NCBI GenBank assembly: GCA_965205975.1
Contig: OZ242195.1
Location: 960,001 to 1,024,000, forward strand
Length of the DNA stretch: 64,000 bases
Origin: Candidatus Latescibacterota bacterium
GTDB taxonomy: Bacteria > Latescibacterota > UBA2968
Direction of reading: 5' to 3'
Shown: piece by piece, positions 56,476 through 64,000 of the stretch
Layout of the letters: every line of letters starts with the position of its first letter
Position numbering within the stretch: position 1 is the stretch's first letter
Notes under the pieces: generated by a model
Database searches by the model: none
The model's input: only the letters and a program-made list of their open reading frames with translations
Told to the model about the DNA's origin: nothing
Program-made: the position numbers and the translations under genes

Positions 56476-57309
56476 TCACCCATAAGCGCCGTGGTCTAAG
56501 AATCCGACCAGGCGTTTGAGTCTATCGTTTGCGTTGCGATGGATATGCTCGGGCATGGTGTAGTTCATAAAAGGATAGTATTTGTGCCCTATGAGCCGTC
56601 TGCCATAGGTGATTTGCGTGATGTAGCGGCTGCGATTGCTCTGATTTGGTCCCCCTCTGTGCCAGACCTGATTGTTGAACATGATGACGCTACCGGCTTT
56701 GCCGAGGTTGTAATGCACTTTGTCTTGCCATTTTTCCCATGCAACCTGGCGTGGGCTTTCACCAATGAGATGTGAGCCTGGAATGACTTCTGTACCACCG
56801 TGTTCGATTTTCGTGACATCGGTGAGATAATAATTGCAGGTGAATACGAGTACGGGAAGGTGGATGTTTGTGGGTGGCTTGCCATCGGTGACAATATAAT
56901 GTGGGGCGTCGTCCTGGTGCCAGGTGGTGAGGCCGCCGCCAGGTGGCGTGATGAAAGAGTTGTTGTGTATAACGTGACAATTTGCTTCAACAAGGGCTTC
57001 GGCAAAGCTGACGATGGGTTCGAGGTCAAACAGGTTGAGATTGGCCGGGCTGTGCTCGAACATGCGATGGCACAGGCGGTTACTTGTTTTTCCACTTTGT
57101 GGGCTGAGCTTGCCATTGGGGTCTTTGTCCCGGCTGGTAAAATGCGCGAGAGACCAGTCGAGATCTGCTTTGAGCTGTGCGATGTGTTCTTCTTTTAAGA
57201 CATCTTCGAGAAATAGAAACCCATCTCTGTTAAATTGTTCTACCCATTCGGAAATTTGATCTGCATCGAGTGGATAGTTGGATTCAAAGCGCTGATTTTG
57301 TGGTTTCAT
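56476..57309 (-). CDS. PhyH-family Fe(II)/2OG dioxygenase
   Basis: FNRDGFL, WHQDD, YYLTDV..GGTEVIPGSH, WHRGGPN..R. Confidence 0.9.
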   Translation of the reverse strand: MKPQNQRFESNYPLDADQISEWVEQFNRDGFLFLEDVLKEEHIAQLKADLDWSLAHFTSRDKDPNGKLSPQSGKTSNRLCHRMFEHSPANLNLFDLEPIVSFAEALVEANCHVIHNNSFITPPGGGLTTWHQDDAPHYIVTDGKPPTNIHLPVLVFTCNYYLTDVTKIEHGGTEVIPGSHLIGESPRQVAWEKWQDKVHYNLGKAGSVIMFNNQVWHRGGPNQSNRSRYITQITYGRRLIGHKYYPFMNYTMPEHIHRNANDRLKRLVGFLDHGAYG

Positions 57310-57329
57310 AATGGCCTCTATCGGTCAGG

Positions 57330-59339
57330 CTACCCAATCACCAGGATGGGCGAGCCATTTTGTATTTTGATCTGTGCGTTGCGAGACACTGTTTCGACTT
57401 CTCCTGTGCATAGATGATAGATGTGAACGGGGCTGATGTCGAGTGAAAATTCAAGGGTGTCGAGATCGAAAATATCTCGGGCAGGTAGTACGAGAGCGAG
57501 TCTGCGATGGGTGTTGTTGAGATACAGGATGCGATTGTTTTCGCATATTTGTTCAGCGGGGTCTGTAAAGGCGGTGCCGTGAACGGGGCTGTTGAGGAGT
57601 GTGTTCAGACAACGCAGGGTGTGAAAAGGTGCGCGGGGGTTGCAGAGGGTGTCGAGCAGTCCATGTGTGACATCCATTGTGCGGTCAAAGTCGGTGAGTG
57701 GATCTACAAATAGGCGCACATCTGGTAGGCGAACAATGGCAAATGTGGCTTCGGCAATTCGGCGGGCATTGGTGCTGTCGTTCTGCGCGTCTAATTCGAG
57801 GGATATGTCGATGTGACCGATATTCGAGTATTTGCGTTCGCTAAGGGATTGGATATAGGTCCAGGGCGATTCGGTGGGTGGCACGCGACAGAGGACGCGT
57901 TGAAGGTGAATATCGACGTTTTGGAGGCTATCGAGTTCGTTGAGGTGATAACCCATTCGGGTTCGCAGGTGTTGTTTGCCGTGTACGCTTTCGTTGGGGA
58001 TGATCGGGCAAATCGAGAGTTCTGCGAGTTTTGCGCATTGGTTGAGTGTTTCACAAACTTCGTCGGATAGTTGCGCGGGATCAGATATCTGAATTTCCCA
58101 GTTCTGTATGAGATCGAGGTTGGCTTTGATGTGTTCGGGCAATGAGGCGATGCGCGGTTCGAGAAATGTGGCAATGGGCGTTATCCCTTCGGAGCAGAGC
58201 ATTTCGAGGCGCGTGCGCTGAAAGGGATCTCGCAGGTCGCGCCAGGGGAAGCGTACGAATTTGGCGCCGAGTTCTATACAGGCCAAAAGATGCTGGTCAT
58301 TGCGTACTTTTTGACGTATGACAGAAGGATATGCAATTGGGAGTTCCGCAATGGGCGTGATGGGGTGGCGGAGGGTGAGTCCCACAGGAGAAGACAGGGT
58401 GGCGGATGTGCAGGTGATCAGGCGGTCACGAGCAGGGCGTTTTATTTCGCCTTTTGTGCGGATGAAGTGGATGTCGGTGTGATCGGCGCGTATGCGGAGG
58501 AGATAAAAGCCCAGTTTCCCCGTGTCGTCTCGCCCCTGTTCGGGTGGGGGAGGGCTGGCGTAAAGATGGCCGAATCCCGGGCGCGTAAAGGACGCAGAAG
58601 GAACGATGAAATAGCGCGTTTTGCCAATTTTGTCGTAAAAGGGATAGTGAACGTGTGCCGCGAAGAGGAGTTCGATTCCGTATTTTTGAGTCAATGCGAG
58701 GAGGCGGTCTCGATCTGGCGGGCTGATATTGTCGTAGTGTCCCAATCCCGGCTCATTTTTATCCCAAAGATACAAGGGCAGGTGAAAAAATAGGAAGAGC
58801 CGCTGATTTTTGTGTTTTTCAAGGTCGGATTCAAACCATTTCCACTGGTCGTCTGCTTCGGGGATTTTTGAGTTGAGGATCTGGGAATTGAGTACGATAA
58901 AGTGACACAGATCGCGATCAAAACTGTACCAGGAGGGTCCAAAGAGATCGTGGAAGAATGCGAGCGATTCCGCAGTTGCCGCATGGGTGGGCATGGTGGG
59001 ATCGGTTTTATCGCCGATATCGTGATTGCCAGCGACGTAGTGGGGAGAAATATTGCAGGCGCGTATCTGATCGCGCGCTTCGAGCATCGCGCGTTTGAAG
59101 TCCGGCGTTTCGGGATATTCCTGGACGAGGTCGCCCATATGGATGACAAAGTCAGCCTCGATATCTGATACCTGTTGCAGGGCTATGCCGGCGCGCTGGG
59201 TTTGCACGCGGCGCGATTCAAATTCGAGGGGGCGGTCGCCAACGTCAATCATGTAATGCGTGTCGGCAATGACCACGCATTCAAATTGAGCAGGGGGGAG
59301 GTGGGTTTTGTCGAAGCTTATTTTTCTTCCGCTTTCCAT
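57330..59339 (-). CDS. Calcineurin-like metallophosphoesterase fused to an uncharacterised C-terminal domain
   Basis: IADTH, MGD, AGNHD, FHLP and AHVH within the first ~240 aa; roughly 370 further residues of unknown function. Confidence 0.8.
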   Translation of the reverse strand: MESGRKISFDKTHLPPAQFECVVIADTHYMIDVGDRPLEFESRRVQTQRAGIALQQVSDIEADFVIHMGDLVQEYPETPDFKRAMLEARDQIRACNISPHYVAGNHDIGDKTDPTMPTHAATAESLAFFHDLFGPSWYSFDRDLCHFIVLNSQILNSKIPEADDQWKWFESDLEKHKNQRLFLFFHLPLYLWDKNEPGLGHYDNISPPDRDRLLALTQKYGIELLFAAHVHYPFYDKIGKTRYFIVPSASFTRPGFGHLYASPPPPEQGRDDTGKLGFYLLRIRADHTDIHFIRTKGEIKRPARDRLITCTSATLSSPVGLTLRHPITPIAELPIAYPSVIRQKVRNDQHLLACIELGAKFVRFPWRDLRDPFQRTRLEMLCSEGITPIATFLEPRIASLPEHIKANLDLIQNWEIQISDPAQLSDEVCETLNQCAKLAELSICPIIPNESVHGKQHLRTRMGYHLNELDSLQNVDIHLQRVLCRVPPTESPWTYIQSLSERKYSNIGHIDISLELDAQNDSTNARRIAEATFAIVRLPDVRLFVDPLTDFDRTMDVTHGLLDTLCNPRAPFHTLRCLNTLLNSPVHGTAFTDPAEQICENNRILYLNNTHRRLALVLPARDIFDLDTLEFSLDISPVHIYHLCTGEVETVSRNAQIKIQNGSPILVIG

Positions 59340-59743
59340 TCGGCGATTTTTTCATCGGCTTTGCGGCGCAGTTCGCGGCCCTTGTCCGGAGTCGGGTCTT
59401 TTATGAGGCCATAGACCTGGCGGCCTTCGTGATCTTCGGGTAAGTATTCGGTAATGGGCATGCCTTCGGGGGTGACAAAGAGCAGGCAGTGACAGTATTT
59501 GAAGATTTTCATTTCGTCACAGGCACAGACCCATTCGCGGCTGCGTTCGAGTTCGGCCTTTTTGTCGGGATAAAAGTTGCAGGGGCAAAGCGGACGGCCC
59601 AGTTCGTCGATATTTTCTGCAAGACCGTTGATGACTGTGTCGGCGACTTCCCGGGTCGGATGGGGCGATGTCCCGGTTTTTTCCCAGTATTTTTCCGTGT
59701 ATATCTGCATTCTTTTGAGGCTTTTTTCTGTGGGTTCTGACAT
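59318..59743 (-). CDS. Ferredoxin-thioredoxin reductase catalytic (beta) subunit-like [4Fe-4S] protein
   Basis: GLAEN..GRPL-CPC-x17-CAC-x8-CHC-LLF; SD GGAGG upstream. Confidence 0.88.
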   Translation of the reverse strand: MSEPTEKSLKRMQIYTEKYWEKTGTSPHPTREVADTVINGLAENIDELGRPLCPCNFYPDKKAELERSREWVCACDEMKIFKYCHCLLFVTPEGMPITEYLPEDHEGRQVYGLIKDPTPDKGRELRRKADEKIAEWKAEEK

Positions 59744-59779
59744 GGCGTATACCTCCAGTTTGGGGATCTTGTGTATGGG

Positions 59780-60592
59780 TTATAAGTGGCTGTTGAGATA
59801 GTCCATAGATTTTCGAAGCTCTGCTCTGGCATCGCCCGGGGGGATGCTGCATTCAAAGCCGCAGTAGTGCTCATACTCTATGTCGGACAGCGCTTTGAGG
59901 GGGGGACCAAAATCCGTGTGACCATAGCCCGGTAAGATGCGATTGCTGTCTGCCAGATGTACATTGGCGATGTGTTTGCCCCCTGCGCGGATGGCGTCGG
60001 CGAGGTCGGCTTCCTCGATGCTCATGTGGAAGAGATCGGCCATGGTGGCGATAGATGGGCTGCCCACTGCTTCGCAGATTTCAACGCCCTGAGCAACTGT
60101 GCAGGGCCACCACTGTTCGTAGCGGTTCAGGGGTTCGATGATCAGAAGACTGTCGCACGCTTCGGCATGCGGTGCGATGTCCTGCTTGAGAATTTCGATG
60201 AGGAGATCTTTTTCAAGTGTCGATGTGCTGTACAGGGGAGAAAGATCGGGAATGCGTTCGCCACCGCCCATTTTGATGCCGATAAGCGGTGGGAAAATTA
60301 CACCGACGCCGCCGACTTCCGTACACAGAGTCAGGGCGTCGTTGATGGATTTTACGGCTGTGTTGCGTTCCTGGGGGCGTGCGTCGAGCAGGCGATTGCC
60401 GCCCCGGGCAGAGCAAATATTGGGCACGATACCCGTCGCGTCTGACGCTGCTTTGATCTCATCTGCAAAATCTGCGGTGCTGCTATTGGTGATTTCAATG
60501 CCGGAAAAGCCGAGTTCTTTGAGGGCCTGAAATTTCTCCATCAAGGTGTTGCCAGGGGCCATGGGTTCGCGAAGAGAATATTTGATGGTCAT
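59780..60592 (-). CDS. Sugar phosphate isomerase/epimerase (xylose isomerase-like TIM barrel)
   Basis: GFSGIEI, IEPLNRYE, ADLFHM, HLADSNR..PGYGH, FEC. Confidence 0.9.
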   Translation of the reverse strand: MTIKYSLREPMAPGNTLMEKFQALKELGFSGIEITNSSTADFADEIKAASDATGIVPNICSARGGNRLLDARPQERNTAVKSINDALTLCTEVGGVGVIFPPLIGIKMGGGERIPDLSPLYSTSTLEKDLLIEILKQDIAPHAEACDSLLIIEPLNRYEQWWPCTVAQGVEICEAVGSPSIATMADLFHMSIEEADLADAIRAGGKHIANVHLADSNRILPGYGHTDFGPPLKALSDIEYEHYCGFECSIPPGDARAELRKSMDYLNSHL

Positions 60593-60913
60593 AATCAGTT
60601 CCGATATGAGTTGGATATTCAGGAAAACGCATACAGACAATATACTGTCTTATGGATAAATAGCAAGTTCAGGGCGACTACGCTCTCGCGCTTTCACTGC
60701 AATGCGAATTCTCTCGCAACGGCGCCTGCCGTTTATCGCAGGCACACCTGCGCGATTTCTCTCCAAGTTTCCCTCAGTTTTTTGAGTATATATTCAGATT
60801 TCTGATTCTTCCAACCTTCCTATCTCGACCGAGATGCAGGAAAAAACCGATTTTTTACATGATTGGCGCCTGAAAATCCATCTCCAGGCAGTAAACGGGA
60901 GGTAAGTAGTTCT

Positions 60914-60930
60914 TTGGCACGTGTTTTGCT
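60914..60930 (+). promoter_or_regulatory. Sigma54 (-24/-12) promoter
   Basis: TTGGCACGTGTTTTGCT matches TGGCACG-N4-TTGCW exactly, about 80 nt upstream of ATG 61010. Confidence 0.75.
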
Positions 60931-61009
60931 GTTACGTGGGTGAAACAGTTTGCTCCCAACCCGACACGGGGCAAAATCAGCACTTCACTTTACACAAGGA
61001 GATTCTCCA

Positions 61010-62485
61010 ATGAACGCACTTTCCTTTCAACGGCCGATGACTACAATCCTTCTCATGCTTTCAATCACGACCCTGGCAACCTTCTTCCCTTCCCGTGTAA
61101 CCTCCCAGCTCATCGGGATCAAATCGATCCCCGTCGCGACAGGAGACCAGTTCCTGATCTACCCCTCTGCGAATCTGGCACTCGGGGGCGTATCGATCGC
61201 GATGAACGACCTCCTCCTCGATCCCTTCGCCAACCCGGCGAAAGGCGTGCGACTCGAGGAGACGCTGATTGTGGGCTCTCCGACCTTCTATTTGATCTCC
61301 GACCGCAATGGCGCAGGGCGCACAATTCCGATCACCTTCCTCGCGGGATCGGATAGCTGGTTCGGGGGCGGATCCTTCGCGCTCCAACAGCTCATGGCCG
61401 CGGACCGCTGGAATTGGTGGGGTCCGAACACCGGGTTGCGCGACCGATCGGCCAGGAACCTCTATTTACACGGATTCTTCGGACGGATGCTCGGAGAGAG
61501 CGGGATCTCCCTCGGCGGAAGCTGCTCCTGGGCCGGATTGGGTGCCCTCGATGGCGTCGAGCACCTCTACGCTTTCAGCGAACGGATCGAACAAGATGGC
61601 CATAGTGTGGATCTGCGCCTCGGTCTCCTCGGCGAATGGGAGAGCGGACGGTCTTTCGAGGTACTCCTTCTCCACAACCGCTTCGACATGACGCACGAGG
61701 TTCACTATCTGGATTGGATCTGGCACCAGGATTGGGAAATCGAAGAGTGGGTGCCGCGCATGGAACGAAATCTCGACCAGACGAACACGTCGGGTCTCCA
61801 TTTGGGCTTCACCCAGCCCTTGACCAGGAGTGGATGGCGCTTCGGAGTCGCGACGACCGTGAACCGGAAGTTGCATCCCAAGATCCCGAACTACGAGATC
61901 CAGAACATTCCCCGGGATCCGGGCGATTCCTGGGCGTATAACTTTGGCGTGGGTATTGCCAAGACCGGAGAGAGGGCGACCTATGGAATCGACCTCGTCC
62001 TGGAGCCGATCTCGAGCTACACCTGGGCCGATGCCGCGAGCGACACGGTGGGATCCACCGGCAATCTGGTCCGAGCGGGTGAGAAGACGGTAGAGAACGA
62101 GTTCTCCTTCTTGAACGCGAAAATCCGGATGGGCATTGGGCACAACTTCGGCTGGGGCGGGTTCCAACTCGGTCTGCAGATGCGCTCCATACGGTACGAC
62201 CTGACCCAAACCAGCCACATCAAAGGCTCGACACGGAACCAGAGGGAGAGCTGGATGGAATGGACCCCGAGTTGGGGGCTACACTTCGGCCTGGCCGAGT
62301 TTGATCTCCGCTACAGGGGGCGGCTGATCACGGGAACGGGCCGGCCGGGAGTGGCAAGGGCAATGACCGGCATGGCAGAGCCTGCTGCGGAAGCCGACTT
62401 CCTCCCCGCGCCCGAAGGTCCATTGACGTTACGAGATGCCTGGGTAATGACCCACCAAATCTCGGTGTCGATGCCGATCCGGTAG
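61010..62485 (+). CDS. Hypothetical exported protein, probably an outer-membrane beta-barrel
   Basis: SD AAGGAG; signal-like N-terminus; NPA motif early in the mature chain; many alternating amphipathic beta segments; GC-rich codon usage. Confidence 0.65.
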   Translation: MNALSFQRPMTTILLMLSITTLATFFPSRVTSQLIGIKSIPVATGDQFLIYPSANLALGGVSIAMNDLLLDPFANPAKGVRLEETLIVGSPTFYLISDRNGAGRTIPITFLAGSDSWFGGGSFALQQLMAADRWNWWGPNTGLRDRSARNLYLHGFFGRMLGESGISLGGSCSWAGLGALDGVEHLYAFSERIEQDGHSVDLRLGLLGEWESGRSFEVLLLHNRFDMTHEVHYLDWIWHQDWEIEEWVPRMERNLDQTNTSGLHLGFTQPLTRSGWRFGVATTVNRKLHPKIPNYEIQNIPRDPGDSWAYNFGVGIAKTGERATYGIDLVLEPISSYTWADAASDTVGSTGNLVRAGEKTVENEFSFLNAKIRMGIGHNFGWGGFQLGLQMRSIRYDLTQTSHIKGSTRNQRESWMEWTPSWGLHFGLAEFDLRYRGRLITGTGRPGVARAMTGMAEPAAEADFLPAPEGPLTLRDAWVMTHQISVSMPIR

Positions 62486-62598
62486 GTCGGTTCGGAACCC
62501 ATCCAGCAATCAAACGTTGACAAAACAGGTCCTGTGATGCCATATTACGGGCATGGGGAGGAAGGTGCATCTGGGATGCAGAATCCGGAGTATTTTTG

Positions 62599-64000
62599 AT
62601 GGTTTCGCGAGCAGGCAAAAGGTTCCCGTCTCAACACAGGGGCCGCATTGGTCGCAGGCTGGTTGTGACATTTGTTGTTTTCGTATTCCTTGTGGTCGGT
62701 AGCACGGGTTGGATATTGTATCGCCTCACACGCAACAGCCTCGAGCGCCAGATGAGCGACCAACTGCTTGCTATCGCGCAACTTTCGGCGGCGGGTATTG
62801 ATGGAGATGCGGTGCGCCACTTGCGTTCGGGGTTTGAGGGTGGCAATCTTCACGCGCGGTTGAGAGCAAAGCTGGTCAGGTATCGAGACCTGGTCGGTGC
62901 CCAGCGGATTTACGTGTTTGACCAGCAGGGACAGAGCCTGCTGGACACGGTGCCCGACGTGCCGATTGGGAGGGAATATACGCGGCTACGGGTAGATCGG
63001 GAGGAATTGGCCGACGTCTGGCGAGGGCAGGCGTCGCATTCGATTTTGTTTCGGGACAAAGCGGGTGTTTATTATCAATCCGGTTACGCGCCTGTTTATG
63101 CCGGAGAAGAAGTTGTGGCAGCGGTTGGCGTGGATATTGGGGCCGGATTTGTCGAGGCGATTCGAGCATTTCAACGTTCTGTGCTGATTTTTGGAGGGGT
63201 GAGCGTGGTGTTGACCATAGCGATCGGTTTGGTTCTCGCCCGCACTCTGACCGGGCCAATTCATCGCCTGGTCAACTCTGCACAGGCCATCGGCGAGGGC
63301 GACCTCGAGCGACCAGTGGGCCGGTCTGCCGGGGATGAGCTGGGTTATTTGGGCCAGACTCTGGAGGAAATGCGCCTGAAGATTCTGGACCGCGATGAGC
63401 ACTTGCGGCAGATGCTTGCGGGCGTGGCGCACGAAATTCGCAATCCTCTGGGCGGTATTGAGATTTATGCGGGTTTGATTGCAAGCGATCTACCGGATGA
63501 CGACGCGCGCAAGGCCCACATTCAGAAGGTGATCGGAGAGGTGCGCACACTCAATAGGGTGATTTCCGAATTTCTGGATTTTGCCCGACCTTCAGTTGTG
63601 CAACCAGTGGAAGCAGATGTTGCTCGGCTTGTGGAAGAGGTTGTTTTTTTGCTCAGTCCAGAGATGGACGAGGCAGGGGTGCGGTGCATAAGAGAGATTC
63701 CACAGGGACTGAAAGTATTTGTAGATGTTGACCAGTTCAAACGCGCGCTGGTCAATCTGGTAAAGAATGGCGTTCAAGCGATGCCAGAAGGAGGCGTGTT
63801 GCGGTTGACAGGTGAAAAAGAGAATGGCAACACGGTCATCAGGGTGGCCGATACGGGTGTGGGCATGGATAGCGCCGTAATCGAGCGCCTGTTCGAACCT
63901 TTTTTTACAACGGGTGGAGTGTCGCTCGATGAGGCGGGCCCGGCACCAGAAAATGCGTTGCCCGATGCGGGGACGGCAGCAGGGGTGCCGGACGAACTGT
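62599..64000 (+). CDS. Membrane sensor histidine kinase (periplasmic sensor, HAMP, HisKA, HATPase), runs off the window edge
   Basis: Manual translation (absent from the ORF track because there is no stop): TM1, TM2, HAMP (GPIHRL..GDELGYLG), AHEIRNPL, NLVKNGVQAM, ADTGVG, LFEPFFTT. Confidence 0.9.
   Translation, partial: MVSRAGKRFPSQHRGRIGRRLVVTFVVFVFLVVGSTGWILYRLTRNSLERQMSDQLLAIAQLSAAGIDGDAVRHLRSGFEGGNLHARLRAKLVRYRDLVGAQRIYVFDQQGQSLLDTVPDVPIGREYTRLRVDREELADVWRGQASHSILFRDKAGVYYQSGYAPVYAGEEVVAAVGVDIGAGFVEAIRAFQRSVLIFGGVSVVLTIAIGLVLARTLTGPIHRLVNSAQAIGEGDLERPVGRSAGDELGYLGQTLEEMRLKILDRDEHLRQMLAGVAHEIRNPLGGIEIYAGLIASDLPDDDARKAHIQKVIGEVRTLNRVISEFLDFARPSVVQPVEADVARLVEEVVFLLSPEMDEAGVRCIREIPQGLKVFVDVDQFKRALVNLVKNGVQAMPEGGVLRLTGEKENGNTVIRVADTGVGMDSAVIERLFEPFFTTGGVSLDEAGPAPENALPDAGTAAGVPDEL

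Noticed and set aside
60661..60677. Second, divergent sigma54 site facing the sugar isomerase gene
   Set aside because: The minus strand reads TCGCCCTGAACTTGCT and lacks the invariant GG at -24.

Overview
64 kb of a gene-dense bacterial chromosome with no rRNA, tRNA or CRISPR array detected. The gene content (DUF6785-type membrane protein, several PhyH dioxygenases, sulfatase, many PQQ-like beta-propellers, TonB receptor, LpxH-like enzyme) suggests a diderm Latescibacterota/Gemmatimonadota/Poribacteria-like heterotroph; this is inference only. Positions 1-16.6 kb hold housekeeping genes (TPR-lytic transglycosylase, archaeal-type GlmU-like enzyme, UvrD helicase with an inserted degenerate DnaQ-like exonuclease, lpxH-like, glpK, purC) interrupted by an Rpn nuclease gene and a MazF-type toxin-antitoxin pair. 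The main candidate for an undescribed system is a ~27 kb mostly co-directional cluster at 16838-43911 with no NRPS, PKS, carrier protein, phz core or pqq genes. It encodes an EhpF-like adenylating enzyme, an acylating-type (EhpG/LuxC-like) aldehyde dehydrogenase, an iron alcohol dehydrogenase, a HemN-like radical SAM enzyme, a PaaK-like CoA ligase, a flavin-dependent halogenase-like enzyme, a GT4 glycosyltransferase, a hotdog thioesterase, a TonB receptor, a LolD/FtsX-type ABC system and six exported PQQ-like beta-propellers. An AAA+/DUF4143 gene and a chimeric HigBA module are inserted in it. Positions 43.9-60.6 kb hold a TAXI-TRAP transporter, glycan and sugar catabolism genes, PhyH enzymes and a ferredoxin-thioredoxin reductase catalytic subunit. 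The window ends with a GC-rich putative outer-membrane gene behind a sigma54-type promoter and a histidine kinase that runs off the edge. Intergenic DNA carries several repeat families, including an octamer-armed element whose core is flipped between its two copies. All family assignments come from motif reading and recalled family knowledge; no searches were run.
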